From positions 4,404,001 to 4,468,000 of the forward strand of contig NC_087246.1 in NCBI RefSeq assembly GCF_037042905.1: DNA of 64,000 nt. Reading direction: 5' to 3'. The position numbers and the translations under genes are program-made. Of the stretch, positions 27,701-41,602 are shown in pieces; position 1 is the stretch's first letter, and each line of letters starts with the position of its first letter. Under the pieces are notes generated by a model. That model had not been told where the DNA came from. It saw nothing but the letters and a program-made list of their open reading frames with translations, and ran no database searches. The stretch comes from Lytechinus pictus (lineage: Eukaryota).

Positions 27701-30700
27701 AGACTGATAAAGAGTTGAATGGATTGACGGGCGATAGACTTAGAATTAGAGATTAGAGATTTAGAACGGCTGGCACAAAGAAAACGGAGGGAAATGTGAT
27801 AGTGAGAAAGACTTATTCCCCTAACGGCTATTAAGATAAGGACGGCCATTGACACATGCGATTTAACTTTAACTCCTTCAAATAACAGTTCCCAAACCAA
27901 ACAGATATATGTTAATTTTCAAAGTACTGAGCTGAGTATAGTGATATGAATCTGTGCGCCATATAAATCTTATTCCAACAACACTTCATTATCTCTGTCA
28001 TTAAGTCAACGTTACTTTGGACTTTACCCCCGTTTTCACTTCTACATTTGATTTGAGCAAACTGATAAATTTACACTTTATTTGCGTCATTTCATATTTT
28101 CTATTCATGTCGTTTCCCTCTAGCGAGTTTGATATATCTTTTGAAAAAGTTACCTTATAAGTACAGAACCGGGGTACCATGGCAGTGAGTCGTGACAGCT
28201 TAGGACTGCCTGGTACGACGGACATAATGGCAGACATGGTATATGGGTTTCACTGAATGGTAACCTCTTCATATGGTTTCGGGTAATTTCGCTCGATTAG
28301 AACCCATTTACTTGATGTGAACTTGGAGCGCTTATCCAACAGAATCATGATTTTGAATTTAAAAATAAAATGTTACCTTGGAAGTGGGTGGGGCGGGGTA
28401 GATGGTGGATGGATGCATGTGTGTGTGTATTATGTGCGTGAACTCTTGACTCTTTCAGTGTGGTTGAGTTTTAGAATGAATAAGTTTTTTCTCTATTTTT
28501 GTAAAGTTTGTGACTCGGTATTTTCTTTTCGGACTGAAGGATTGCAATTTTGCAACAACTGTATAACCGTTCCCGCTTTACCGTAATTGGAAAAGAAATG
28601 AAACAGATGCATTGAATTTGCTGTGAAGAATCCACTTCCGTCCACTTCACTTCCGTGGAACACTAAATGCTAGATGAATGTGAAAAAAAAGTTCGTTTTT
28701 CATTCGTACAAGTATGTGTGTTTTTGTCTTGGATGTTTCGTATGACAATGTCTGTAACGGATGCAGGTCTACAGTCACACAATGATACCTACTCCAAACC
28801 AAGATGTACCATAACGTACTAGATATTGGAATCTGCATCGTTGGTGTGACTGTACATTGGTTCAACGATCGACAAGTAAAGGAATCAAGAATGATAGCTC
28901 TCAGAAGATTAATGTCGCGTCCTCATGTTGAAGAAAGGTTGAACGTATCAAATCCATACAACTTGTGAATCCTTGCAAGATTTCTACGGTTCATCTTTGT
29001 TTCCCGTATTCTTCTCGTCACACGATCAGTGCGGGCCCAACGCATTAGTAAGGTGTCCTTAAACCAGAATGGCTTAACGAGGGAAGAGATACGAAACTCT
29101 CCCGGAGAACAGAGTATAAAGCAAAATGTGAAACATAAGCTTTCACGGGCAAGCTCCTTGGGGCAACGAAGGGTCATTTCCATTTTCTCTGCATCTACTG
29201 TAACGTTGGACTTGTCTTTGAAGATATCAGCATCGTCCTGTTATCATGATCCCATCAAGATATTTTTGATTTCGTTGAAGTAAAATAAAGATATTTGTTA
29301 ATGATTCCTCTCGAATTACTGTTTTGATTACTCATATTGCCCATGATTTCACCACGTCTTCAAATCAACCTTGATGAACGCGCCGATGGGTGTTTAGTTG
29401 GTAATAGGATATTTATTTTTGCCCCTCAAAGATCGGTCTTTTCATTAATTCCCAAAGGGAAATTTCGTCCAGAATCTTAGCATGATTAGTTAAAGACTTT
29501 GAAGTGATATATTCGATTGTCCATGCAGTAGTGTTGACGAGAGGTATTAATTACAAATGATCTATAGTTTACTATTACTTAAATATCTTTTGGTACGTTT
29601 GAAATCAGTTGCGCTAAAGATTAGCAAATATATTTCACTGGATGAACTTGCCACTAACGATTAAATGCTTGTGACAAATATACAAGAAGAACAAAATAAA
29701 GAATTCAAAACAAGTGACATATAGGTCTTTATCTTTCGCTTAAAAACATGAAAAATGAGAACGGCCCTTTATTGATATTCAGTTTGTTCGACACGAGGAC
29801 AGTAAAGACTCTCTCGGTTTTTAGGAGTTTGAATGAAAGGTATGGAGAAAATGAGATCGGGTTATCATCAAATCACCGGATAGCTTCATAAGATTGACCA
29901 ATATAGAGCTTACTGAGAGTTCATGCAAATAACCGCGTTGATCAGAAACTGAAAAGACTATCCCGAAGAAATAGAATGAGCATGATGAGGGCACTCAGGA
30001 CAGTCGAATCATTTTAAAGAAATGTCCTCTGAAAAAAAAAACCAACAGCAAAGAAAAGATGTTCATGACAGGATCCATTGATATTACATTGATCACCGCC
30101 AGGCTACAGGCCGAAAAGGGGCCAGAGTAACAGTTATTGCTAGGATGTTCCCACGACTTCTCCACCCATCTTGTTTTCCGTCGATCAATCCATTTCACCA
30201 TTTCATTTTTGTTTTAACATGTTTAAAGGTCATTCTTATCTGTCTGACAGTTAAAATTGTATTCTCCTCCCTCCCCCTCTCCCCTACTCTGTCCCCTTCA
30301 CCCTTTCCTTTCTTCACCTCACCCCTCTGAATCTGGATTTTCCCGAAACACCGATAGAGGGCTCATGTCAGAAACGTAGCCTTTTATAAATAGTATTTCT
30401 TGATAGCAGTACTTGATCAAGCCGATACAGTGTCCTTGCTAGGACAATAAAACACATCGCATTATAGTAATTGCTTCTTGGGTTTTCTATTCATCTGCAG
30501 TAGATCGCCATCGGTCATATCACATTAGCAGTCCAAACATTGTGTCTTCATATTTTTGCTAGATTATGTTTTATTTCTTCTCAGATTTTGTTGTTTCTTT
30601 CATCCGGGGGTATTAATTCTCCGAAAAGCCCGCGTCCCTCGATATTTGCATGCACTTATAACCGGCATCGCCGATGCAAAGTAAAAGATTCGTTGGAATT

Positions 30701-32449
30701 GCTGACCAGTAGTGAGAGAAGCGTTTGAACATTGGACGACAAAAAAGAGCTGCGGTGATGCCTCTGAAGCGTAGTATGTTGAGTTGAGAATATCAGTTTA
30801 AAAATAATAACATGTGAATATTTACTACAATAATATTCACTAGCCATCTTAAAATAATGTATTCTTCAATGGGTCGCGAATGTCGGCATCTCAATATAAC
30901 TTCGCATTTTAGATTTCAGACACTTTTCATGTACATATTTCCTTCTTCATTTTCGGTTAAAGATCGGTGGTCTTTGATTATGTTTGCTGCCCCCTCAGAA
31001 CCCCTGATAAGGGGGCTCCAAACTCTAAAACCATACCCTTAAAAACGGAAGTCATGGAAGTTACTTATGAAATGAGAGGGGCATAAGAACGAACATGTTT
31101 TAGATGGCTCTCTGCAAATTGGGATTAAACTTGAATTTGACATAAATTGCGGGTTTGAAAACTGACGCATGAAATGAGGGGCTTATATAGGAACGGAGGA
31201 GAACGGGTTGGGTCAATGAAACAGGGTGATCATGTGCTTAGGAACGCCCGGCAAGGCGTCAAAGGGGGTGGTAAAGGCGACACATAATGTCATACGTGAG
31301 TAAAAAGTTGGGAGTTTATTGTCTTTTTTCATAACCTCTTTTACCTCTCATTCACCCTAATAATTTTGCTGATTTTTGTCACATATTGTGATGAAAAATA
31401 AAAGAAGTGTGAACAAAGTATTCATTATTGCATTATACGAGCAACAACGAGGAACATAAGTCTAAATATCACCGCCTAAAGTATGCCAAGTCAAACCTCA
31501 AACTAACCTGGATTTCTGCCATCAGTTTGAAATTATATTTAGAGAAAATAAGAAACTGAAGAAAATCAATATATTCCGAGGAAAATACACACAATATATG
31601 TATTTACCCAGCGTTTATCGCATGGGGCAGTAACGTGTATGCATTATTCCGGACATTGTGTTTGATCGAGTTTGCCTTTTACCCTAAGGATCCACCAAAC
31701 AAAGTCTCATCCGTGTGTCCCCACAAAAAATCCCAAACTAAATTTGACCCATTTCTCAACTTCTTCTAGCTAACAAGAAATAAACAGGGGATCACCTAAC
31801 AAAATTAAGTTGAGGGGGGAGAAGGTGGGGGGGTCGCAAACTACAATACTAGCCTTCATTTTCTCTTGCTCACTTCTCTTGAAAATCCATCTCAAAATGT
31901 GTCCATTGCTTCTCCACCGAACACACTTCAAAATGCTTATACCCCGCGGTCATTCATCGAATTCATCGAATTTGAGTGCTTTTCAGTGTAATTGAACACC
32001 CAATTTCTACGTTTTTCCAACAACATAACCTATTTGAATGTAAAAGAAAAAGAGCCTTCCTGACGTACAATGGAAAACTCGAAATATCAAAATTTGTTTA
32101 CGCTTGAACTTGGACTTTTTTTTTTTCATTTTCGGTATATGTCTATCGAAAAGATTCATGTGATATTCTATAAGTTGAAATCTTAGAATCAAATAGCAGA
32201 TAGATCAATCATTTGTTTGGTAAGATGTCGGTGCTTGGTGTACATGTGTTAAATTAGGTTAGGGTTCACGATAGAAGCTCTTTAGTTTTGCATACATCTC
32301 GTATGGTATCTTACCGGAGAGATGACGAAACGTGATGAAACCAAGAAAACTGGTTTCAATAAATCCCCGAAAAGCCTCCTCATAACATGTTTGTATGATA
32401 ATACACAGGCTTAAATTTTGAAATGTCTGCAAGTGGAACTTTATTGCAT

Positions 32450-32880
32450 GTTCTGAAGAACTATTTATATCTAAATAAAAATAGGAGTAAAATTCACAAA
32501 GCAAAATGCTGAAGATTTCATCAAAATCTGATAATAAATAGCCAAGCTATTGAATTTTAAAGTTTGGCAATATATTGTGAAAACAGTTATATGCGCGTCA
32601 TCATGAATATTCAATAGGTGGACTGATTCATATTTTTCATACATGTGTGAATAATATATATCCCTTGTAATGAAATAAGTTGCAGCTATGAATATCTAAT
32701 GCACTTTTTGCAATTTTGTTCTTTTAAGGAAACAAGTGGGGATATGACATCATCACTTTTCTCATTGAATATTCATGAAGATATGCCTAGAACTGTTTCA
32801 CTGGAATAATGCAAAATCTTTCAAATGCCATAACTTTGCTATTCCTTGTCCGATTTTGATCAATTTTCAGTGTTTTATTT
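32450..32880. mobile_element. Degenerate copy of the Kolobok-like MITE at 14586
   Basis: Colinear similarity to 14600-15130, with eroded termini and internal deletions. Confidence 0.8.
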
Positions 32881-33731
32881 CGATATCATGCAAAATCGAC
32901 ATTTACAAGTGCTTCAAAAGCTTGACCAACACGATATAGCGGAAATGTCAGAAAAGATTGGAAACTCTATTTATTCATGTAGTCATATATAAAAACATCT
33001 TCCAACAGGGTAAAAAGTTGGTCAGCTCGTAGGATGCTTACCATAAAGGTCCCGCATACCAATAATCAAAGAAGGACACACCTTACAAAAGAATGCTAAA
33101 AAGAATATCAGTTATGTACACCCATCATATACGAGTACATAAGGATGAACCAATAAAGAGAAAGGACAAAAAAAGGATGATTGACAAGATAATCAATACA
33201 GAAATAGATTTAAGGGAGATGGCAAATGAGATAAGATAAAGGCTAAATAGTCTAGAAAAGGTAAATTACCACGTTTTCATAAGGACATTTACGTGAAAGA
33301 AAAAAAAAGCCCCTATCTTTTATATTCTTGCAAATCCTTTCAGGAATATAGGCCCCAAAGGGAGAAACGCTACGGTCCCATAAGTAGCCCATGCAGGGAT
33401 TCGGTCGAGATTTATCTGTGTGTGTTTGTGTGACATCTCAAGATGGCAATGCTAACAATTTAGGATTCTATTTAGCGCCATCTACATCGGCCATAGATCT
33501 GCACATTAAAAAATCTCCGCTGAGAGCACGATGATATGGCATCCCGTGTCGCTAAATATATAGGCATTCAAGCACTGCTTCTTAATAATTTTTCACTGAG
33601 GGCCAAAAATTGTTGAAATAAAGTACGCAGGGCCACCAGATAGAAAAGATATGATTTCACTTTCCTAAAAATTAATCACACAAGTGATCAGTAACGCAAT
33701 GAGTCAAAAAATTGAGGGGTATAGAACATTA

Positions 33732-33931
33732 CACTCTTAAAATTGTTGGGCAACATACTGTCCACACAACAATAATTGGTTAAGACTATCAAATTCTGGG
33801 TAGTTTTAAACCAGTGATGTGTGCTTTGGGTGAAAACTAAACAATATTATTTGAAAACTACCCATATAGTTGGATACAATTTTTTGAACAATTGTTATGT
33901 GGACAGTATGTTGCCCAACATTTTAAGAGTG
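33732..33931. mobile_element. CACT-type MITE
   Basis: TIR CACTCTTAAAA(T)TGTTGGGCAACATACTGTCCACA, TSD TA. Confidence 0.88.
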
Positions 33932-36900
33932 TACGTATGGGGAAATCCCCCCCCCCCAAAAAAAAATGCGACTAGCGAAGCGAGCGAGCTAAATTTTCAC
34001 CATGAAAATCTTAGGTTTGTCACAGATTTTTATGAAATATTCAGAAATTCCAATCATCTTTGAACCATGATAAAACAGACAGTGAGAATAACTTTTATTT
34101 AAAGAAAACGTAATCTTAATAATCGTTCTACTGGAATAAGATGAAGACACAGTGTCAGTGGAAGTTCAAACTTCCAAATAATTTCAATACTACTACTAAT
34201 AATACATATGATTGATTGCAAACTTTCCATCCAATAAGTTGTTCAAGGCGCTAACAGAACAAATACGTCAAGAAGTTAAAAGTACAGGTTCGGAAAAAAC
34301 AAGTATATCAGTACTACAGTTGTTAGCAATATAGGGGCAGATCGATGGCATCAGTTCTGTCGGTACATTTCTGTGCTCGTGATACTCGATGATGACTATC
34401 ATTAATATATTTATTTTTTATCATAGATATTTGTAATGATTTTTGGCGGGCCGCAGATTCAAAACAGGGAGTCTGCAGTGAATTAAGCATTTAAGTATCT
34501 TCAAATAAAAAAGTAAAGATAAATCGGCTTCCTGGGTGTGATTTCCATGAATCACGTGATATTTGTTTCGTGAAAAGGTGAAAATTAAAAAGTTAAGTAC
34601 AAAAAGGGAGATAGGGTCTAAACTTTTGTTCATGTGTCCATATTTTCTATTTCGATCCAAAAGCATTTCAATCCTAGAACAGTAATGAAACGCTTTGCAA
34701 CTCATGGCGGATAGAGGGTGTCTGTATGGAAGGGACAAATAGATGCGGCTTATATAGGGAGGGGGGGCGGATTGTATGAAATTTTAAGCAACAGATAAGG
34801 CCGAAGACATTTGATGGAGCTATACTACATTTTTAAGCTCTTTACATATCAATATTCAGCGCGGTTCCTTTCGCCGCCAACCATGTTTGAAGAAAAAACA
34901 AAATGATTTTATAATATATTATAATATTAGCATATTATAATGCATTCACGTTAAACTCAAAGATCAAATATAATATCAGTCAAACATTATATAACTATTT
35001 TTGACAAGGAAAGAAACATAGTATGGAATGGATGGGATACCGAAACGTATATAGAAAAAGAAACCATAAAATTATTTATATAATTGATATTTATGCTCAT
35101 TACTCCAATTCGTTCATAACGCACACATTCATACTGAGCTTGATAGGTTTCATATATCTTATCCTACATCGCAAGATATGAGAACCTACCCCTGCGTAAT
35201 ATGGAATCAACCATTGGCCTACTTATGAAACCTTTTAATTTGTTACGTAATAAGGCCTTGAATCGTCTTCGTTCGTATATATATTCTCATGAGCAGACAC
35301 ATGTCCGTTAATTCTTTTTTTTTTTTGGATTTGAAAGTATCTGTTTTATCATTGGGGATACATGTCATGTATATATAATTTTCGACAATCACATATACCG
35401 TCTTTATAAAGTGATTGACAGATTGACATGTTATCGTCGAAAAAAAAATGTTGGAATAAAGCATTTTCAACCTTATTTTATTAATATTGATCTAATATGA
35501 CTTGTGGACTATCCTACCGCACTCATTCTGTCAAATTAAATGTCATGATCATTAGTAGCTGTTTTTATTTTGATATAGCGGGACACCTAACAAAGTAGAC
35601 TTCCATGCTTGTCTATCTTCCGACATTTTTTTGACAGTTTGCTTTGGCTCTCCATGAAACATGATCAGGAATGATATTGAATGACCACCCTGAACTTGTT
35701 CATTAACAGACGAACGATCAATAATTGTGACCTGAAATTTCGCAAAAAATGAATGATATTTTAACTGTGCTTGAAAAAGCGCATGATTGTGATGTATACC
35801 TTGTCAATATCGATAAACAACATATGCAATTACTTGGTTGAATGTTGAGGAAATTCAGAGAGAGCTTCAAAAATTAAACAGAAAACAGGATTTTCAAACA
35901 AGAATTTTGAGGTTCACCCCGGGTTCACCCAAGCATGATATGTGCACACTATATAAAATTATGTACACTGTGTAGGACTAATTTCGGTGGAACCTCAAAG
36001 CATTAAAAAAAAAACCTCCTGCATGTATCTCGACTTTTATTTAAACTTACAACAATACCTCATATGAAAAAGAATAATAACTTTTTTAATCAATTTTCTT
36101 ATTTTGACTTTTTTTTACGACTTCTTGATGGTTTTAGAGCGGCTAGTCACAATTGCTTCAAAAAGTATTTCTTTTGAGATGAATTTGACTTTGAAGGTCC
36201 TCTGAAAATGGGTGTAAGCCCTTATAATAAAGACGTCCTCAAAATGTATTATGCTTGAATGTGGAAGCTATAGGCATGCATACGTGTAGCCCGGCAAGTG
36301 AGATATCAAAGATGTTCCTCCTCCAGTCGATTCCTCTCACAATCGTGGGTAAAACATTGACAGTGCCATCAGTTGCCTCACCCTATCATCGTAGTCGACG
36401 CACTCATACGAGCTACTTGTGACATCTAGGAAGACCCCTCGTTAGTCATGCTCGCACGTAAGACACACGCATCGTCTCGGAGGTAGCTGCACGCAGTCTT
36501 ACTGCTGGTCACAATATTTGGGTCAAACATGTCAGAACGGTCATCAACGCACACCGCTTACCCACATCAGCGTTCATCATCTTGTCATTTACATAACAAT
36601 ACTATTTTGCACCAGGACATTGTTTTGGAGAGGGAGGATGATGCAGACACTGGTGTTTACTTGCCCTACTGTGTCATCATCGGCACCAAACCTTAACTTT
36701 TCTTGTGATTTTATGATAAAACATTGCTTCAGTTCTGATATTGTTTGAGGGACGATAGCTTTTGTTCTGCTACCAATTTCAAGATACGAAGGAAAAGAAC
36801 TGGCATTTGACATTCTTGAGGTAGGTGATGAATTTATTTGTGGCCTAGTAACTTCTTAGTCATTTTGTGAAGGAAAAAAGCATGGGGTAATTGTACAAGA

Positions 36901-37379
36901 ATTAAATTATACATCCGAGAGCTTGTTGATATGTGTTGAATATAATGTGTTATTCTTTCTTCGTTTTTTTTTCTTCTTGCAGTATTAGGAAGAATTCCCT
37001 TGTTGATATTGCTACGTATAGAACTTCGGCCTATAAGATCCATACATACAAATAATCAGTTTCTTCAATGAGAAAATTATTTTAAAGGCCACTAGGTTAT
37101 TTCAAACACGCAATATTTTACCCATTCCCACTCCCCGAAAACTTATTCTAGCTTTCACTGACCCAACATTTTAGCCGTACGTTCCCCATCTTTTGAAGCG
37201 GGCAAACTTGACTTAGACCGGGTAGAAAACGATTTAATCTCGTAAAAAATATATTTATTGAGTATAGTTATCGAATGTCACAAAACCGTATGTTGTTTGC
37301 ACCTTTTTAATCTCTTTCGAGTAATGATATGGCACTGGTCATTATTTACACGGGAACAATAATGCCCACAAACTGATAT

Positions 37380-37703
37380 GGATGAGTTAGCGCGGACAGT
37401 GTGTTTCAACCTCGTTGGGAGTCACGTTTTTATCGCGAAGAAGAGCCAAGATTTGCATATCGAACTGACCATAAAGTCACGCAGCATTTGACGTGGTGCA
37501 TGGGGATATGCATGTATAAAGGATTCTACTATACTTCTTCGCTTAGGACAAACAGTTAGGATTTTAGTTGCATTCCATCTGGGAGAAATCCTACTCTAGT
37601 ATGGTGACTTCTTTAAAGAAATTTGTCAAGTCTTTACGAAGTTTTAATAGAGTAGGATTTTGAGCTCCAAACGTTATATCCGCATGTCATTCAGAAGGTA
37701 CAT
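37380..37703 (+). promoter_or_regulatory. Candidate alternative promoter/first exon
   Basis: Octamer ATTTGCAT, TGACGTGG and GTCACG motifs, then TATAAAG near 37516, then a possible donor GAAG|GTACAT at 37697/37698. Confidence 0.3.
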
Positions 37704-38403
37704 AAGTATTAATGGGCTATTATTATACTTCAGCTTTATTTTCGCTATATTTCGATGCAATCGAAGCAATCCAATGTGTTTCTCTCTATTGGTATCAGTG
37801 CACATATAGATGAAGAGAGTATATTCAAGAATAATGACTGATTAGTTTACTTCATGGCCATACGAACATCTTTTATCACGATTTTTTAACGATATTGAGA
37901 TGTTTGATCGCTGAACCAATTACGCTTCACACGTCCCTGGTCTCAAAGACATTCAATGTCTAGAAAATAATAAAGCATATGGGTACAGCACAGAAAATAA
38001 GAACAAAAACCATCCAAGTACAAAGAAGAACACAACAGGTAGAAAACTGGGAAGAAGAAAAAAAAACAGAGATAGACAATGGATGATATTATAATAATTA
38101 AAAAAACACTAATTTTCGAAGGTGTTGTGTGTCGAAGGTTTGGAGATGGCGAGGGGGGGGGGGGTAGAAATATACTTAACTTATACAAAAATGGCCCCAG
38201 TATTGTCGACCCATGGTTTTAACGACAAAAGCATCGTCCAATGTTTAATTTTATTGACATAACGGTATAACATTACGTAATTAAGATAAATGATGGTAAG
38301 TGATCGATGATAATAGCATTATTTTGCTGGGCTTAGAAGAGTAAATAAGATAGAAGCAGATAACCACCATGATAATTTTTCAAGGAACACATTCTGAACC
38401 TGA

Positions 38404-40336
38404 GGTTACACAGGCCTAATTCATTCCCCATAGACTCGTGTGTTAAAATGGCACTTTAAAAAATTCATAAAAAATAAGGATGAAATTCGGGGGTCGAATG
38501 TTTACTACCAGTGGATAGGATATATGTCTGGCAATCCATATCTGACCAGAAAAGGGTCCCTCGACCGGCTCATTTTAAAAATAAATTGGCGTGTTTGAAG
38601 ACACCGTCGGGGGAAGCAGATTCATCACCTCAAACAGCAAAATAGCCCTAATCCTTCCGCCAGTCGCAATATAGTCCAAAATTGGTGATATTTCTTCCCA
38701 ATTTGGGAAAAGGAAGTTCAATAATTACCAAAAATAGAATCAGTGTTAGATGGACAATCATATGCATACACTTTGTTAATCAGCCATATCAAAATAAAAA
38801 AAATAGCAATGGGTTGGGTCGAATGAATATCTATCGCCTGCCTCTAGTGATTAGGCCCGTGTGGCCTGTATTATATGGCACATGAAGGTTTCTTTTTAAT
38901 TTACCTTCCTGGCTTTTCTTTAACATCTGTACACTCACTTTATCACAAAGAAATGCATGAAATATACAGATGTGTTATGTAATGACCAATTTTAATGTTA
39001 CTCCTAATGTCTAGTGCCCTATGGATTTACACACATCCTACCTGCCTATATGTAGCTCAACAATGGATGCAATGTAGGGCCCAAATCCTATAATGCAAAT
39101 TGTAGATATGAATAGTGTGCATATCTGGATTCAAGATCTGCCCACAATATAAATACCAGATTCACATGAGTTAGATTAGATAACAATAAAAAGAAATGAG
39201 AATCAACATACAAGCATACTATACATTCACATCTTCCTATGACAAGGGCCCAGCCAAGGGATGTAAGAGAGAGACAGGGAGAGAGGGGGGTTAGATGGCT
39301 TGTATTCTAAATGGATGGGGGCTAGTCTGGCTAGAAGTCAGTAAAAGTTGAACAAGATAGCAGTAGCACTCATTCTCAGCCCCCCCCCCCCCAACATACA
39401 AACTATGCTTTTCTCTATACCCCCCCCCCCCTCCCTATTGAATCCACCACTCTTCAGCCAAATTCTAAAGTTTTCTCTTCTCCTTCCCTTCCCCATGAAC
39501 CAATTTCACAAGTGCAATTAATGCAAGGCCTATCTAATGTGTACTATATCTTGTGATGGGTGCTATACACGATTTACAACAGCGCTCGTCGGTATACGAA
39601 AACACACGACAACGTGCAACGCATAGACAAACACACAGCCTACACAGCCTAGCCTAGGTACACAAACACAGAGTTACTAATCACAATTTGTTACCTGTTA
39701 TACCCCCTATGTAGCCTTGTATATAGCCATGAAGTTCAGTTTTGGACCTCTTGATGATTGAAACATGTATACTAGTGAAAGCAATCTGCTACTGAAGAGT
39801 TTGGGCCCCTTTTGGACAGGTATTTCATCAACTTGAGAATTTCCCTACTAATAGGCTATGGTCAAGGATTATAGGTTACACAGGCCTAATTCATTCCCCA
39901 TAGACTCGTGTGTTAAAATGGCACTTTAAAAAATTCATAAAAAATAAGGATGAAATTCGGGGGTCGAATGTTTACTACCAGTGGATAGGATATATGTCTG
40001 GCAATCCATATCTGACCAGAAAAGGGTCCCTCGACCGGCTCATTTTAAAAATAAATTGGCGTGTTTGAAGACACCGTCGGGGGAAGCAGATTCATCACCT
40101 CAAACAGCAAAATAGCCCTAATCCTTCCGCCAGTCGCAATATAGTCCAAAATTGGTGATATTTCTTCCCAATTTGGGAAAAGGAAGTTCAATAATTACCA
40201 AAAATAGAATCAGTGTTAGATGGACAATCATATGCATACACTTTGTTAATCAGCCATATCAAAATAAAAAAAATAGCAATGGGTTGGGTCGAATGAATAT
40301 CTATCGCCTGCCTCTAGTGATTAGGCCCGTGTGGCC
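38404..40336. mobile_element. Composite-like DNA transposon with long terminal direct repeats (non-autonomous KolobokP-like)
   Basis: Identical 463-bp repeats at 38404-38866 and 39874-40336. Each has its own TIRs GGTTACACAGGCCTAAT / ATTAGGCCCGTGTGGCC. The internal part is 1007 bp and non-coding. A 4-bp TSD CTGA is present only at the outer ends. Confidence 0.85.
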
Positions 40337-40340
40337 CTGA

Positions 40341-40545
40341 CTTTTTCGTAGTATACTCTCCAAATCATCGCTCGTGGGCCCAGCAGCCACTGAGCAACGC
40401 CAGATCGACGGTGTTCTATATCCCTTAAGTTGTTGAACGCCAAATAGGGTAGCAGCAACTCCCATGTTTAACATATTTTGGTCTGACGCGGCCGGGATTT
40501 GAACTCCCGACCTCCGCTTAGTTGCGAGGTGGACGCTCTAAGACA
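40341..40545 (-). mobile_element. tRNA-derived SINE
   Basis: The minus strand reads TAGAGCGTCC...GGTCGGGAGTTCAAATCCCGGCC (Pol III B box, 40494-40504), followed by a core GGGAGTTGCTGCTACCCTATTTGGCGTTCAACA. Confidence 0.75.
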
Positions 40546-41602
40546 ACACACCACAAGCACACTAAACAAAATCTTGAGTTATTTCAGATAACTATATCAA
40601 TTTGACATTTCAGTAACATGCATTGATAGAACAAGGCCTATAACAACACAAATCGAAATATTAAATACGCTGCAACGTGACTCGCTTTTATTCCCTTCTG
40701 TCCGTGTTTGGAACACATGGAAAAAAAAAGAATCAGACTTAAAACCAATTCATATATTAGCAATCAAAAATTGTATCATTTAAGCGCCACCTGATCCCGC
40801 GAATTTTGGAGGCAAGCAAATAGAATATTTGTGTCTGTTACATCTCACGGTGGTGACGTCTCGGTAAATTTGCATGATACTTGATTTTTAATGAAAACAG
40901 TTAGTCTTTGAGATCAGCCGTATTCCCATGAATGTATTACCATAGTTACCCCAAGTGGCTCTGCAGTAGATAGTATATCAGCAACCATGATTAGGCGGCT
41001 TGATGTCGTTTTGATCTTCTATACATCTATTTTTCCATCCACCTACTCTCCCCTCTGTATCTACCTTCTCTCTCTCTCTCTCCCTCATGTAGTCGTAAAG
41101 GTAAAATGATATTTATTTTTGATAAAAAAAAATCACATGTTAGCCGAATGTACATTGGTTCAATTTTTGTACATTTGTCAAAACATAATCTAATGATATA
41201 ATGAAAAGAAATAACTACACCTTAAAGACTAAGTACATTCATGGTTGAAGGGCGCTATCATCGAAGTTACTTGCTTTACCCTTTATGCTTAACCTGTAAC
41301 AACCCAAAGTACTTGTTTTTTTAAGGAGAAAACTGAAAAACCAGGCCTTCGTCCACGTATCACATTTTATCACATAACGAGTGGAAGAGTATGTAGTAGC
41401 TGGTACCCATACATAATTATGAAGCGTAAATATGGTCCGTCGGACGAAGATGAACAAAATGAAAGACGATCCTTGAAACAAGTTGGCTACCTTACATTTG
41501 GATTTGGAGAACATGCTACTAATTAACAGACATGAAAAGGGTTTGGAAATTTGCCGGGATGGGGAGGGGGGGGGGGGATTTGCAAGAAACAGATGACTAC
41601 TA

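Noticed and set aside
30540..30850. Possible exon after ttcttctcag (30584)
   Set aside because: No convincing donor and no recognisable protein.
38404..40336. LTR retrotransposon/TRIM interpretation
   Set aside because: The repeats end GG..CC rather than TG..CA and carry long TIRs. I see no PBS or polypurine tract at the inner junctions.
38682..40340. Duplicated ORF MVIFLPNLGK...
   Set aside because: A by-product of the identical terminal repeats, with a TTG start and no recognisable domain.
40450..40545. tRNA gene
   Set aside because: A B box is present but there is no complete cloverleaf, and the sequence continues into a SINE core.
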